A stretch of DNA of 64,000 nt from Octopus vulgaris (taxonomy: Eukaryota): NCBI GenBank assembly GCA_951406725.2, contig OX597828.1:30070001-30134000 (forward strand), given 5' to 3'. The translations under genes and the position numbers were made by a program. The notes beneath the pieces are model-generated. The model did no database searches and was not told the DNA's origin. It saw only the letters and a list, made by a program, of their open reading frames with translations. This document shows positions 13,480 through 26,200 of the stretch, one piece after another; within the stretch, counting starts at the first letter, position 1; every line of letters begins with the position of its first letter.

Positions 13480-13736
13480 GTCAGTGCATTTGCAGATTTT
13501 GGTAAAATTTGATGTAGATTCTGTGCTCAGCTTTCTCTGTTGTGGTTAATGCGACGATCACACGCTACACACCTTCCCTCCAAGCACTGCTGTAAATAGT
13601 AAAATGAGCTAGAACGTTAAAACGTAGTGCGCATGCACAACAGATTTTAAGATCAATCCGTGTGATGCGGCTTCACTCTCCATGCCTATAGTTTTGTTAC
13701 TATAGCAACATTCGTGATACTCATCGATCAGACCAC

Positions 13737-13739
<3 letters not shown>
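13480..13739 (-). mobile_element. Mariner-type DNA transposon, 5' fragment
   Basis: The minus strand starts TACGTGGTCTGATCGATGAGTATC (TIR-like, at a TA) and then encodes TEKAEHRIYIKFYQNL, matching the mariner N-terminal EQR..IKF...LG motif. Confidence 0.65.
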
Positions 13740-13778
<39 letters not shown>

Positions 13779-13806
13779 CCATATGTATATCTGTATATTT
13801 ATATGC

Positions 13807-13844
<38 letters not shown>

Positions 13845-13877
13845 CCATATATATATCTGTATATTTATATGCATATG

Positions 13878-13910
<33 letters not shown>

Positions 13911-13926
13911 TTGTATGTGTGTGTGT
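13740..13926. repeat. (TA)n/(TG)n microsatellite with an internal ~60-bp tandem duplication
   Basis: ACACATATCCATAT.TATATCTGTATATTTATATGCATATG occurs twice. Confidence 0.85.
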
Positions 13927-14459
13927 ATTGTTCTTATCAATTTCCAACAGTAATACTGCGGCAAAGCATACACTTGCATACAGATACGCTCACACTCTCA
14001 CACATACTCGCACGCAGTCACATATGAACGATTCTTTGATGTAAAATGGTTTATCGCTATTAAAACTTGTATTTACACTGTGTTTCATGAGGAATATAAA
14101 GTAAAAGTTAGCTGATTTTTTATTTATTTATTAAGTGTTGTTGCACTGAACAGACGATATCGGAAGTTGTATCTAATGTTGAACAATAATAATTTTTTTT
14201 TTCAATCAGTCTTCGTCATGCCATATCACATACACGTAGGTAAATGTAAACGATACTTGTTTTATAGCTATGCATAAGCGCCTCCTCTGGCACGCCTACA
14301 CGCCCGCGCACACACGTACATACGTATACATACATAGAATTTATTGGACCAGTTTCGGCTGCAGTTCTTTTTGTGAGTTCATACGATGTGCCCTATTTTT
14401 CCTTTATTTATAGTGTTTGTTCACTCGTTATAATTTAGTTAGTGAGTTGGAGGTGGAGT

Positions 14460-14555
14460 GAGTGAGGGAGAAAGAGAGAGAGAGAGGGAGGAGAAAGAGA
14501 GAGAGAGAGGGAGAAAGAGAGAGAGAGAGGGAGGGAGGAGTAAAGAAAGAAGAGA
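14460..14555. repeat. (GA)n-rich polypurine tract
   Basis: Direct reading. Confidence 0.9.
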
Positions 14556-15519
14556 GGATGAAGTAGTTGACACTTAGGCGAAAGGTAGAGGCGAAGTACG
14601 AGAGAGCAATTCGGCGAGGGAATAAGCGGGAAAGAGAAGTATTAACGGTGAGTTCAAATATTCCCTTGAACAGCTTTGCCTGTTAATTCCACGATTAAGA
14701 AATAGAGAAACAGTCAAGTACTGAGGTCGGTTCATTTTCTTATAATTGATTAAGTTGAAACGTCGAAAGCAAGTAGCGTTCACTGCTCTTTTTACTAGAA
14801 CTCTCTATATCAGGAAAACAAAAAAAATTCTATTTTCTAGAAGACATATTGCGTCATATAAATATGAATTAACAATATACTTGCTTGTTATATAACACTT
14901 TTATTTGTTTTCTGAAATAAAACGTTCAAATATTTATACCACTTATTCATGCCACATCTCCGTCATTCCTCTTGCGCTCTATAGAATATTCTCATAACTA
15001 ACATTTCCAATGATATATAGATTAATTTCCTCGTTATGCTTCAGGCCAATGAAGCTGCGTATAATTTTCATTATGTTACATAATAGTTATAACGTAAATG
15101 GGAAGTTCACAACACCTGATAGTTCATGGATTATTTTCATTATGTTAATAGTGGTGATGAGATATTACAAACGAAATATAAACTACATTCAGATAATTAA
15201 CATTAAACATTTTAACTTCCTTTTACGACCTTATCTCCCAAACTTTAAAAGCCTGTTGTTATCTCTTGTTAATTAATCCATTTAAAATTCCAATCTATCG
15301 GTTACTTCTCATAATGGAAGTGATTATTCAATGAATATATCTATGTTAATAATAAGACTCGGTGACAATAATAACATAGTAATAAATCTCGCAGACCAAA
15401 CAGCGGTTGTAGAAGATTCAAAAACCCCGTTTAATCATAAGAGCAAAATGCGTACCAATTGAATTTTATGTATTTGTAGCTATATAATACTACACTATAA
15501 AATCAAATGAGTGTTACTG

Positions 15520-15606
15520 TTTGTATGTATGTATGTATGTATTTATGTGTGTATGTATGTATGTATGTATGTATTTATGTGTGTATGTATGTATGTATGT
15601 ATGTAT

Positions 15607-15662
<56 letters not shown>

Positions 15663-15756
15663 CGCATAATGCCCCTCACAAAGTTCAACACTATATATAT
15701 ATATATATATTATATATGCATGTGTGTGTATGTATGTATGTATGTATGTATGTATG

Positions 15757-15825
<69 letters not shown>

Positions 15826-15854
15826 CGCATAATGCCCCTCACAAGGTTCAACAG

Positions 15855-15941
<87 letters not shown>

Positions 15942-15992
15942 ATGTATGTATGTATGTATGTATGTATGTATGTATGTATGTATGTATGTATG
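15520..15992. repeat. Compound microsatellite (ATGT)n/(ATT)n/(TA)n with a duplicated 33-bp unique core
   Basis: ACCCGCATAATGCCCCTCACAA(A/G)GTTCAACA at 15660 and 15823. Confidence 0.9.
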
Positions 15993-16549
15993 AATAATTG
16001 TATTTCTCTTTCAGCACACCAGTGTGTATGTGGTAAATATATGTTGGTGTCTCATCGACGTTGTGTATGATTAAACACCTGTATAGAAAGTTTCCTTTGT
16101 GTGTGTGTGTGAGAGAGTGTGTGAGTGTGTTTGAGCACTGTGAAGCAATGCACACTATATCGAGCTATATTACTAACAATGCTTTTCTTAAATATCTGTT
16201 GTCCTCTAACTTCCAGTCTCTATTTTGAGTGATTACATTAAATTGAAATTTCAAATGTTTAGTGAAGAATACTTAATGATACTCAATGTAAATTTCATTA
16301 AGAATTTTACTAGTCAATGTAATATATTTTAACATAGTTAAACAACTGTCATTTTTATGGTCTGCGTTGACAAGAAAACAAACCGGCGTCGACCGTCGTT
16401 GATATCTCCGTAATCAAACAGATGCACTACCCCAGCCTTCATCTCCCTACAGAATGAGATATAACTCAAAGTTCTCTAAAGCATTCTAGATTTTCACGTC
16501 GATAAATCATTTCAATTTGATTAGTAATAAGGCATCTTTTAGTAAACTA

Positions 16550-16604
<55 letters not shown>

Positions 16605-16749
16605 CCGGAGTAAACACATAAATGTGAAACAAGGTGGAAAAAAGAGTACTCAAATACCAGGGGTAGAGTAATATGCTATTTTCAAAACCAGCAGAAATTG
16701 AACAAAACCGAGTAACAGGTTGGGACTCCTTTCATCGAAAACCGGTGAT

Positions 16750-17010
16750 TGCTGTGCGCTGATGACGGGTCAATACCCAGAAACTGCAGTCCGTGCGTAT
16801 CACTTAGGTTGACGAGTGAAGGATGACCTCCCTTTGCAAATACTGATAGGGTACAGAAAGTGTGCCTAAAGCCAGCTGGAGACGATGTTCACCTGGGCTA
16901 CAAGCTACAGTAACATCCACCCTTAGTGGTTAGCCATATTGAGATGGCAAATATACCTCATATTGTCGTGCAGTTACTGTCTATACCTCGTTCAGAGATT
17001 TATTATTGCT
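16750..17010 (+). mobile_element. Hammerhead-bearing non-coding interspersed repeat (Penelope pLTR or retrozyme-like)
   Basis: Colinear with 44915-45145, including an identical CAGCTGGAGACGATGT at 16873-16888 and 45027-45042. Confidence 0.6.
16753..16797 (+). ncRNA. Minimal type-I hammerhead ribozyme motif
   Basis: TGTGCG-CTGATGA-c-GGGT caat ACCC-a-GAAA-CTGCAG-TC-CGTGCG. The catalytic core is intact, stem II has 4 bp (closing pair C/A mismatched), stem III is palindromic, the cleavage triplet is GUC, and stem I pairs using G-U. Confidence 0.75.
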
Positions 17011-17298
17011 ATATATATATATTACAAGTTTTGGAGATGATGTACAGGTATTATATATTAGAAGAAATGAGATACTCAGAAATCTGGATGGTTTTATATT
17101 TACAGATATTTATTAGTAGGTTACATGTTTTTATAAATCATATATCATATATTAGCGCTTTTGTCCACTCTAGTGGAGTTGTCAACTTAAACTTTTGCGG
17201 GAATTTTGTTTCTTTTGATATTATTATTGAGTGCGTAGTGGTGGGGAGAGATATAAGATAGTGTAAGAGGGTGAGGAATGGGCAGAAAGTGAGAGAGC

Positions 17299-17349
<51 letters not shown>

Positions 17350-17351
<2 letters not shown>

Positions 17352-17770
17352 TATCTGTGTGTGTTTTTGTATCTGAATGAAGTGTTGGAGAAAAGGAGAA
17401 GGAAAGGAAGAAGAAGGAGAGAAAGAAAAAACAATTTGTTGATATCTTTGCAGATGGTCAGTCGTTCAATAGTAAATGGTTCTTGGCTTTTAGAAATAGC
17501 AAACTCAGGTGGTCACTCCAGAGGAGAGCAAAATGTCACTTTTCAAAACATTTCTCTGTGTGTGTATGTACGCGCGTGTGTGTGGGTGTCTGTGTATCTG
17601 AAAGGAGCGTTGAATCAAAGGAAGGAGGAGGAGAGAAAGAAGAAAATGTGTTTATATTTTTGCAACTGGTCAGTCTTTCAATAGTAAATTATCCTTGATT
17701 TTTAGAAATGGCAAACCAAGCTGGCCACTTCAAGGGGGGCAAAATGTCACTTCTCAAAAAATTGTCTGGA
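17350..17770. repeat. Diverged tandem duplication, two ~220-bp units
   Basis: TGTATCTGAA...GGAGAGAAAGAA...TGGTCAGTC.TTCAATAGTAAAT...TTTTAGAAAT.GCAAAC...GCAAAATGTCACTT occurs twice. Confidence 0.8.
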
Positions 17771-17819
17771 TTTTTTTATCATTGTTTTGTGAGAGAATGT
17801 GTGTGTGTGTGTGTACACC

Positions 17820-19380
17820 ATGATACCACTAACACTGATTCTGAGGTAATCAACGACTGGGTATGTATTCAAGAGCCGCCAACAAAAAGTCAACCACTTG
17901 TTATTCATGACCTCAAACTTTATGATAAATATGAATCCCAAGTCAGTTCCTTCGTTGATACGGTGTATACATTCAGCGTTGATCTCAGAACGAAGTTCGG
18001 ACTGGAATGGGGTGGTATGGTAGTCCTGAAGAGAGGCAAATTCAAATGTATGGACAGACTGGCGATATCGACGGGGAGTGTTATGAAATAAATAGAAGAG
18101 AGGGGCTATAAGTACTTCAGGATATTGGAAATGGATACATTGAAGGAAAAACAAATGACAAAAATTTAAGATGGAGTACTTGCGCAGACTGATTCTTAAG
18201 TCGAAATTAAACGGACGGAATAATATTGAAGCTATCAACACCTGGGTGGATTCACTCCTTAGATATGGATCAGGGGTAATCGTATGGGCAGTTGACGAGC
18301 TAAACAGCTTAGACAGAAAGTCAAGGAAGTTGCTGACTAGATATGGGATGCTCCACCCAAAATGTGACACAGGCAGACTATATGTACCAACAAAATGAGT
18401 GGGGGGAGGACTCATTCAATGCGAACACAGCATTAGAGCAGTAGAAAACAACATAGCATGGTAGTAAAAAATGCCAAAGAACCACTATTAATGGAAGTGA
18501 GAAGGTCAGGCTTGTGTTTGATGGAAGATTGCAAAGATAAAGCACTGTACAAACACTTGAGAATGAATGAAACTAAAATAGGTGGATAAAGAAAAGAATA
18601 TTTGGACAATTCCATAGATAAGTAAGACAGGGAAAAAAGATGACTGTGGGTGACTAAAAGCGATTTAAAATCGGAAACAGAGGCTGTAATCTGTGCTGCC
18701 CAAGAGCAAACACGGAGAACGAATTAGATCAAATACAGAGTAGACAACACATCAGAAAGTGATAAGTGCATAATTTGTGGACAAAATATGGAAACGTATG
18801 GCATATTACCAGTCAATGCACGCCACTAGCCCAGAAAGAATATAAGAGATGTCAAGACAATATAGCGGGGATTGCCCATTGGACACTTTGCAACAAGTAT
18901 GGACTTGACAGAGCAAAATGTGGTACGAACATAAACCCGAAGGCATCATCGAAAATGATAATGTGAAGATCCTGTGGGATTTTATAATTCAGTGTGACCA
19001 TGAGATTGAGAATAAGAAACCAGACAGTGTTAAGTGAAAAAGGAAGCAATCGAGGATGGATCATATATATAGCATGCCCAGCTAACAACAAGGTATGCTA
19101 TAAGGAAGAAAGAAAAGTCGATAGATATGACAAGTTAGCTTGGGAGGTTAAGAAGTCGTTGTCGTTGGAAAAGGTGGTAGTAGTACCAATAATTTTAGGA
19201 GCTCTAGGAACCATAAGTAAAAAAGTACATGGAACAAATAGGGGATGCAATAATTGTGGAGCACTGCTTCGAAACGCTCGAATACTTCGGATGGTGCTCG
19301 AAAAATAAGGGGTGTTACCTTAGCTCACTGGTAGTGAGTAGTACATATCCAGCGTTAGAAGCTCTGCAAAGACGATAAAT
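17820..19380 (+). mobile_element. R4/Dong-like non-LTR retrotransposon, 5'-truncated, dead (RT + CCHC + restriction-like endonuclease)
   Basis: IHDLKLY (decayed MDDLKLY), FGL, GYKY, LILKSKLNGRNNIEAINTW, LHPKCDTGRLY, CIICG...HITSQC zinc knuckle, KILWDF, RKPD...IACP, VVPIILGALG. Followed by an (AAT)n tail. Many stops and frameshifts. Confidence 0.88.
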
Positions 19381-19381
19381 A

Positions 19382-19407
19382 GTAATAATGATGATGATGA
19401 TGGTGAT

Positions 19408-19496
<89 letters not shown>

Positions 19497-19535
19497 TAAT
19501 AAAAATAATGTTAATAATAATAATAGTGACAATAA
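19382..19535. repeat. (GAT)/(AAT)n microsatellite at the 3' end of the Dong-like element
   Basis: Direct reading. Confidence 0.95.
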
Positions 19536-20599
19536 TGCCGTAGTTGCTTCCGGCAAGTAACTTGAATGAACCAGACTAAATGCTGCTATGAATAATATGA
19601 GTCTTTGCCAACTTATCGAAATTTTTCCCAGCCTAATTATTCAAAACTAAAATCGCTATTCCTGTATTATCTATCTAATCAGTATCGTCAACATTAATTG
19701 CTTGCTCAGTGACCAAAACGAGTAATCTACGCATCAATTCCTTATGGAATGACTGAACGATTATATAGATTGTAAATATATGTAGTTTAGTTTTGTTGTC
19801 TTTAAATTATAATACAGCCTAACAGACAGGAATTTGAAAAGTCCAATTAATTGAAAAGAGATCGATAGAAAAATGAAAATATAAATGTAAAATATTAACG
19901 CTTTCATGTATATTAAATGAAGCAGTATGTGATATTCTCCTGGCTTTCATCTTTATAAATTAATATATTTATTCACATGACAGTATTTAAATGTAGGAGC
20001 ATATGTCGCTGAAAATGATAGCGAACATCCTGTCAAGAAACGAATTATACTTCCAAATTGTTAACAGTAATGATCTGTTGACTGATATGCATGTATTATA
20101 TACAAAAGACACATACACACACACATACATCTATATTTATGTACCTATGTATGTATGTCTGCCTGAACATACATATGTATACATACATACACAGACACAA
20201 CCACACACAGACACACACACACACATATGTGTTGAAACTATCTATATTTGATGTTCATGAATCGCATTGTATCTTCTTTAGAGTTAGTGAATCAGCAAAA
20301 ATACAAATCAAAAATAAAATCACAGATGGCAAAAAGAGAAACGAACACGCAATCCATCGAGAAAAGTGTTAAAAATAGCCCTTAATAAATGTGGATGTAT
20401 AAGCGCCCTCGGGCAAGCTGATTGACGCGAGTACACTCGCTCATGCAAGCATCTCTAAAAATGTCAGATTTCGTGCACTCATGATCACAAAGTGAGTTAG
20501 CTATCTACTTGGTGTTTGTAAGAATGGGAAAGTTAACAGTAAAATTAAGTCATCCATATTTTAAAGTAAATTAAATTATGCTAACGGTTATTCACACCA

Positions 20600-21070
20600 C
20601 ATCGGGCGGAAATACATTTATGTGTGTTGGCATCTCGACAGTCGTTCAGAAATTCTGTAAATGATCTTTTCTTTAGTCCATAGAATAGTCAGGAATTCCA
20701 CGGAACAATTATATTGTATGGTTTCGCGTACCTTACTTTGGACCAAGTTATGTTATACTTCCTTTTATCCTCCTTAAGTCGCCATACAAAATCTGGCATA
20801 GATGTTGAATAGCTCTTACTGATTCTCTTAAAGCTGGCAGTACGGTTACAATAATAATGACCGAAGATTAGCGTCACGCTTGAAAGTTAGAGTACCAAGG
20901 TGTTTGGCTCAAACTGTTTTGTTCCATTTAGATGTGTGTGTGTGTGTGTGTGTATGTGTGTGTATGTGTGTGTGTATGTGTGTGTGCATGCGTGTGTGTG
21001 TATGTGTGTGTGTATGTGTGTCTTTCGTAATGTTGGTACTACAGCGCATTGAATCATAAATTGTTATGGT
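20600..21070 (-). mobile_element. Penelope-like element, decayed GIY-YIG endonuclease region, interrupted by (TG)n
   Basis: ORF 20689-20877 (ASFK...STSMPDFVWRLKEDKRKYNITWS...KPY) aligns with the GIY-YIG C-terminal region of ORF 39768-40157. Confidence 0.65.
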
Positions 21071-21103
21071 AAAATATACGGATACCCTGATTTAGCTTAG
21101 CCA

Positions 21104-21152
21104 AACTACTGATGATCCTACGAGTGGCAGTTGAAATTACTGTAGTCTAGTT
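21104..21152 (+). ncRNA. Minimal type-I hammerhead ribozyme motif
   Basis: AACTA-CTGATGA-[17 nt, weak stem II]-GAAA-TTAC T GTAG-TC-TAGTT. Stem I is a perfect 5 bp, the core is intact, stem III is quasi-palindromic, and the site is GUC. Confidence 0.65.
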
Positions 21153-21343
21153 ATCCTAGAGATGCTCATAGTGTGGTTATCTCTCCTGTCAGTGTATATA
21201 TAATGCGCACTTTTTACAGCTTTAGGAGGTTTTTTTAACTCTTATGTTTTGCAATATGGGTACTTCGTCTCCCTCAATCACAATTAGCGACGTTGAAGTT
21301 TACCCTTTATGTTTGCTTTTTCACCTAGTTTATATTAATATGC

Positions 21344-21397
<54 letters not shown>

Positions 21398-21416
21398 ACA
21401 CACACACACACATATG

Positions 21417-21452
<36 letters not shown>

Positions 21453-22294
21453 CATTAAGACTACTACTAACGATAATCACATATACTTCTTGAAAGTGGT
21501 TCAAATGTATAAGAAGTTTCTTACGTTGAGAGCTAAACTATGCATTATACGATGGACTTAAGCGAATGAATTTTGTGATATAAGGATTTTGCGAAATATC
21601 TACGTGTAATTTCTACAAGGTAGCGGGTCAATATAGAGAAGGCGACATAAAGTAATGCTTCCTCTTAAATTTTGACAGATACTTCATGGTGGGCATTGAA
21701 TTGTTGAGCGAGGATAGGAGCTAGGTGTTTAACGTAGGATTTGAAAGCAACGAAAGATCCACAATGCGGGTGGTCGATTTTTACAATTTTTCTTCTATTT
21801 TGTTTTACTAACATCAGCCCTGTTAATGTTCATAAAACCTTAGGGGACATAGATTTGACGAAATCTGTTTAGGAAGAGTCGTGATTTCAGGACGGAATGT
21901 TGAATAAAATCAGTAAGTAAATGGTATTTTTTTTTAGTTGATATGCAGTACAGAGATTCATCGTTTATATTGATTGGATTTGCTGGATGAATCAAAGCAA
22001 CGACGTTAGTAGCAATCCTCTTGTTAGTGCTGCATTTTCAAAAGCCTCTCGTATGTTTAACGTACTAGGTGTATGCATGCTCATAATCTTTAATCTGATA
22101 TGCAGAGAATAAATAAGCTAAATTAAGTGAGTTAATCAAAACCCATACCCATAAAACTTGAATTGTTTCCCTATGTAACCATTTTGCTCGTACGTACTCG
22201 TTCGTCTTGTAATATAATAGAATCAAAAAATCTTTATGTCCATTTTGCTTCCATTATTTACTTTCTCCTAACGTTTATTCGTTTTCTTGCCTGC

Positions 22295-22460
22295 TGGTGG
22301 GAGAGATTGTCCGGCATTTAAACTGAAGAACGAAATACATTAACGTATTTAGTTACACTCGTTCTGGCTTCTAACTGAAATCTAGCCGAGGTCGCCTTTG
22401 CTTTTTATCCGTTAAGACTTATACTAATATACTGAGTTTGATTCAATCGATTATGTGTCA
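22295..22460 (+). mobile_element. SINE family A, decayed copy
   Basis: CGTTCTG...GCCGAGGTCGCCTTTGCTTTTTATCC matches the family A core. Confidence 0.55.
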
Positions 22461-23779
22461 ATGTCTGGACGGAATATTTTGCTTACAGTAAGAACTAAGC
22501 TAGCAACAAGCTGAGAGACTACGTAAATAGTCACAAGCAAAGCATTATTTTGCATTGATCAGATTATAAATAACGACCATTTTCACTATGAATTAGCAAC
22601 AGTCATTTCGTAGTATAAAATTACTATATTTAATAATGTATCAAATAGATACAATCCCTGTTGGCCCAGCGACAGTATATCAGACCAACAATCAAATGCT
22701 CGTTGTCCGATATTCAGGGTCACTTCATCGCACACATGCAATGTTGGCTCTTCTCTATAAAATACTACCAATTTAAGGACACATTTAAATTATAAGTAAA
22801 GAGCTGTAACTATAATGCATTGCTGCATCAAAAGAAGTTGTAAATAAATAGAATTAAAAAAGCAGAGTACGAAATAATCACTGACACTTTCGTGGACCCT
22901 TAGTGTTGTCTTTCTTTCCTCCAGTTGTGGGTTATGGTTTGCAATAATGTTTGTAACCCGATAGCTTACAAAGATATTGTCCATAAGATTTTCATCAATT
23001 TCGATGGAATATGACAGATATTTCATCATCCATTACTAACACTAAGGCTTGGCTTAACCTATGTCACGCAGCTGAGACTAGAATACGATGATAGAATGTC
23101 CGAGACAAAAAAGCAACTGACAAAGGGAAGTCGCCTACAGCAACTTACAAACCCATTCACACACACACACACACACACGTGCACACTCACACAGACGCAC
23201 GTGTACACGCAAACACCCCTCCCACATACAAACACACTCACATTCATTACGCCAAATGAGGTTTGCTTCCATTCCTCCAGACTAATTGATATGTTTCTAC
23301 ATTTGTTTCGAGTCACAGAGCGACGCTGCAGGAGATTGTTGTTTAATCTGTAACAAATAACAGCTAAACCAGTACCAAGTTACTCCTTACAATCTTGAAC
23401 ATCAATAACGCATTGGAATTTATAATCCTGGTTGTATACAGTTTAAGTAAAATATGACATAATGTTCATGGTGTAAACGCTTTTCGCTTCATTTCTATCT
23501 CACAAATTCTGAACTGGGCTCAGCTGTGTTCTGTTCCCCTTATTATGGGATGCGTTCGATATGTTTCTGTAAAAACATGGGTAGACACATCTTTAAAAAC
23601 AAATTTACAAATTTAGTCCAATATCTGCCATTATCTTCAATGAATCAATAAGAATGTAACGTTACGATTGTTTTTGTGCGTATATGAAGTTATATATGTA
23701 AACCCAGGAACTTGCATTTCCCATACATCGAATTATGTAAATATAAATTCTCCATAACGCATCTAATATGCTTGAGAGT

Positions 23780-25750
23780 GGCTGGCTTTGTCTTATAAGC
23801 AAGAGCGTTTATTTAACTGGTTTCTTTTTTGTTGTAAAGGAAATAGCATGGCACACTTTTGCGTTGTCGATTCCCTACATTATTGAACTTTGTGTACTCT
23901 AACAACTAAATAATATCGTTATAAAATCATCCCTGATTCTTCTAATGTGTTGCTAGGAACTGAATATTGCTATATCGATTTGGAACTCAGGTACTGTTCG
24001 GACTGTCTTTACCTCTTTCTTCTTCTCATAGATTTGTCTGTCATTTCTCATACAACTGTGTTTGATGCATTAACTTTATCATTATATAGTAATCGTACAT
24101 AACTGATTAAGTTTGTGATGTATTGTGGCCCTGAATATTAATAGTAGAATTACACAAATTTAGGATTTCTGTATAAACTTATTAGTTGCTTATTCAACAA
24201 ACGCTTACGTCAGTCCAATGTTAGAGCACTGCTCGAATATCTAGAGTATATTGTGGCTGTTAAGCACTGAAACATAATACATTTCATATTTTAAAAAATC
24301 CAGCCATTTTCCTAAGATGCTTTCATTAGCATACATATTTACAGACGAGCTGTTTCTTGTTCTACCTGTTGTTCTTGTCTGCAATCTAGCTAATTGCTTA
24401 ACACCCCCACCAGAATGATACACCCATTTATCTCCCTCCCGTTGTCTTTATACATCGTATCCGCCTAAACACACATCGCTTAATTAGTCTTCTCCAAAAA
24501 TTAAAACTATGTTATTCTCCTTCTGCCTAAACTTTTTTTTTTACTCTTGCTGGAATACTAAGTTGCTTAATTTCATTGTTCTGTAACACATCAAAAACGA
24601 AGTATGTATTCCATTTTCATGTACTAATTCATTATTTTTAACATGTAGCAATTTAGTAATTTTGAATAGTTATAGCTCTTATGTGTATATATGAAAATCA
24701 ACTCCATATATATTTATTTATTCTATCATTTAGATGTTGTTTGTGTTGTCCTCAAATAAGGGAGACGATGTCGTTTAGTTAGTAATGTATAGTTTAGTTA
24801 ATTTTGTAATTAGGACATTTTATTAATAATTTGTTTTAATTAGGTAGTTTTCACCTTGGCCCTTATTGTTTTACATATTTGCATATGTATTTTAATTTAA
24901 TCTAATCCCAATTATATTTTTACTTTTATTTAGCTATTTCTTCGATTAATTTAATTTATAAAGTTGAATATACATGTTATAGATATTTGATATCTGTTTT
25001 CCTTTTTCCTTGTACATTATTAAAGGACGTTCGTTGTGGGATATACTTTTCTCTTAGTTCTTACGGGGCTTGTTTTTGATGTGGTTTCAAGTGTTTGGTA
25101 TGACATAGATTGAGAAACAGCGCATCTTGTAGTCTATGTTCGTTGTATTTTCTATACGTTTCAAGGTCTTGGTTAGCGCTTCTTTGGGTTGGTAATATAC
25201 TGAATATCAAAGATTGAATAGTTATTTCCTTAATATGTTTAGTTCACTTGTCACTTAATATTTAAATTTTAGGATCACAATGTCCTTTCTGAGGGTAAGT
25301 ACTTTGCATTTTGGTTACAGTTTTGTAACTATAAGTTAGTATTGATTGTTTACACTGATAATTCTTGTAGTAACATGCAGGTTTGGTGTGATAAAGAAAT
25401 TATTCTAATGTTTTGCTTCTGCTGATCCTTATTGATTCTCAGGTACCATTTATGTTTTTAACGTTGTTAATACCACCCGATTGAATGGTGTTGTGAAGGT
25501 GTCAAAACCACATGCATATCCGTTTAGCCGCTGATGATGGGAATGCATAGTTTTATGATTGTTTCTACATTTTCTATGTCTTATTCTCGTTATTCAGAGT
25601 TCTTCCCTTTTTGTAAAGCGGAAAGTCTTCGTTGTTTCATTGTTTGTGGAGATGACAGATTGAAGTATTTTGTTTTTCTTTAGATAATGTTATTAGTCTT
25701 CGATAACGCTTAGAATACACTATGTATTCTTAGGATATTCTGATATAAAA
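23780..25750 (-). mobile_element. Possible very old L1/Tx1-like LINE relic
   Basis: The minus strand is A-rich. Fragments KWVYHSGGGV and VNMYAN are endonuclease-like. No decisive motif was seen. Confidence 0.22.
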
Positions 25751-25994
25751 GGCCTAACATTTGGAAGTGTTATGTTTCTTGATTAAACCTCAGGATCAGA
25801 CTGGACTGGACTGGACTAGTAGCTTATTTTAACGATCACAAATCGATAAAATACGACGCCAACCCTCTAACATTTATTTCAATGCCTTTCTTTATTCGAT
25901 ATTACAATCAGACAAATGGGAATATAAGGTTTTAAGTTTATTTCAGTAAAATTCAGTAAAACAGACGAATAGACCACTTGCCACACAGCTATTG

Positions 25995-26200
25995 AGGAGC
26001 CGCGTGACTTAATGTTTAGTGTGTTGGACCTATGATCGTAAGATTGTAATTTCAATTCTTGGACCGGGCGACTCATTGTGTTCTTGAGCAAAGTATTTCA
26101 CTTCACGTTGCTCCTGTCTACTCAGGTAGGGGCATACAGACCCCACGGAAACCGGTAAAGCAGCCCTTATGAATCGACATGACTCTACGTCACTTTACCT
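25995..26200 (+). mobile_element. SINE family C-related, decayed
   Basis: GGACCGGGC...TTGTGTTCTTGAGCAA...TTCACGTTGCTCC..T..ACTCAG matches the reverse complement of 35805-35935. Confidence 0.75.
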
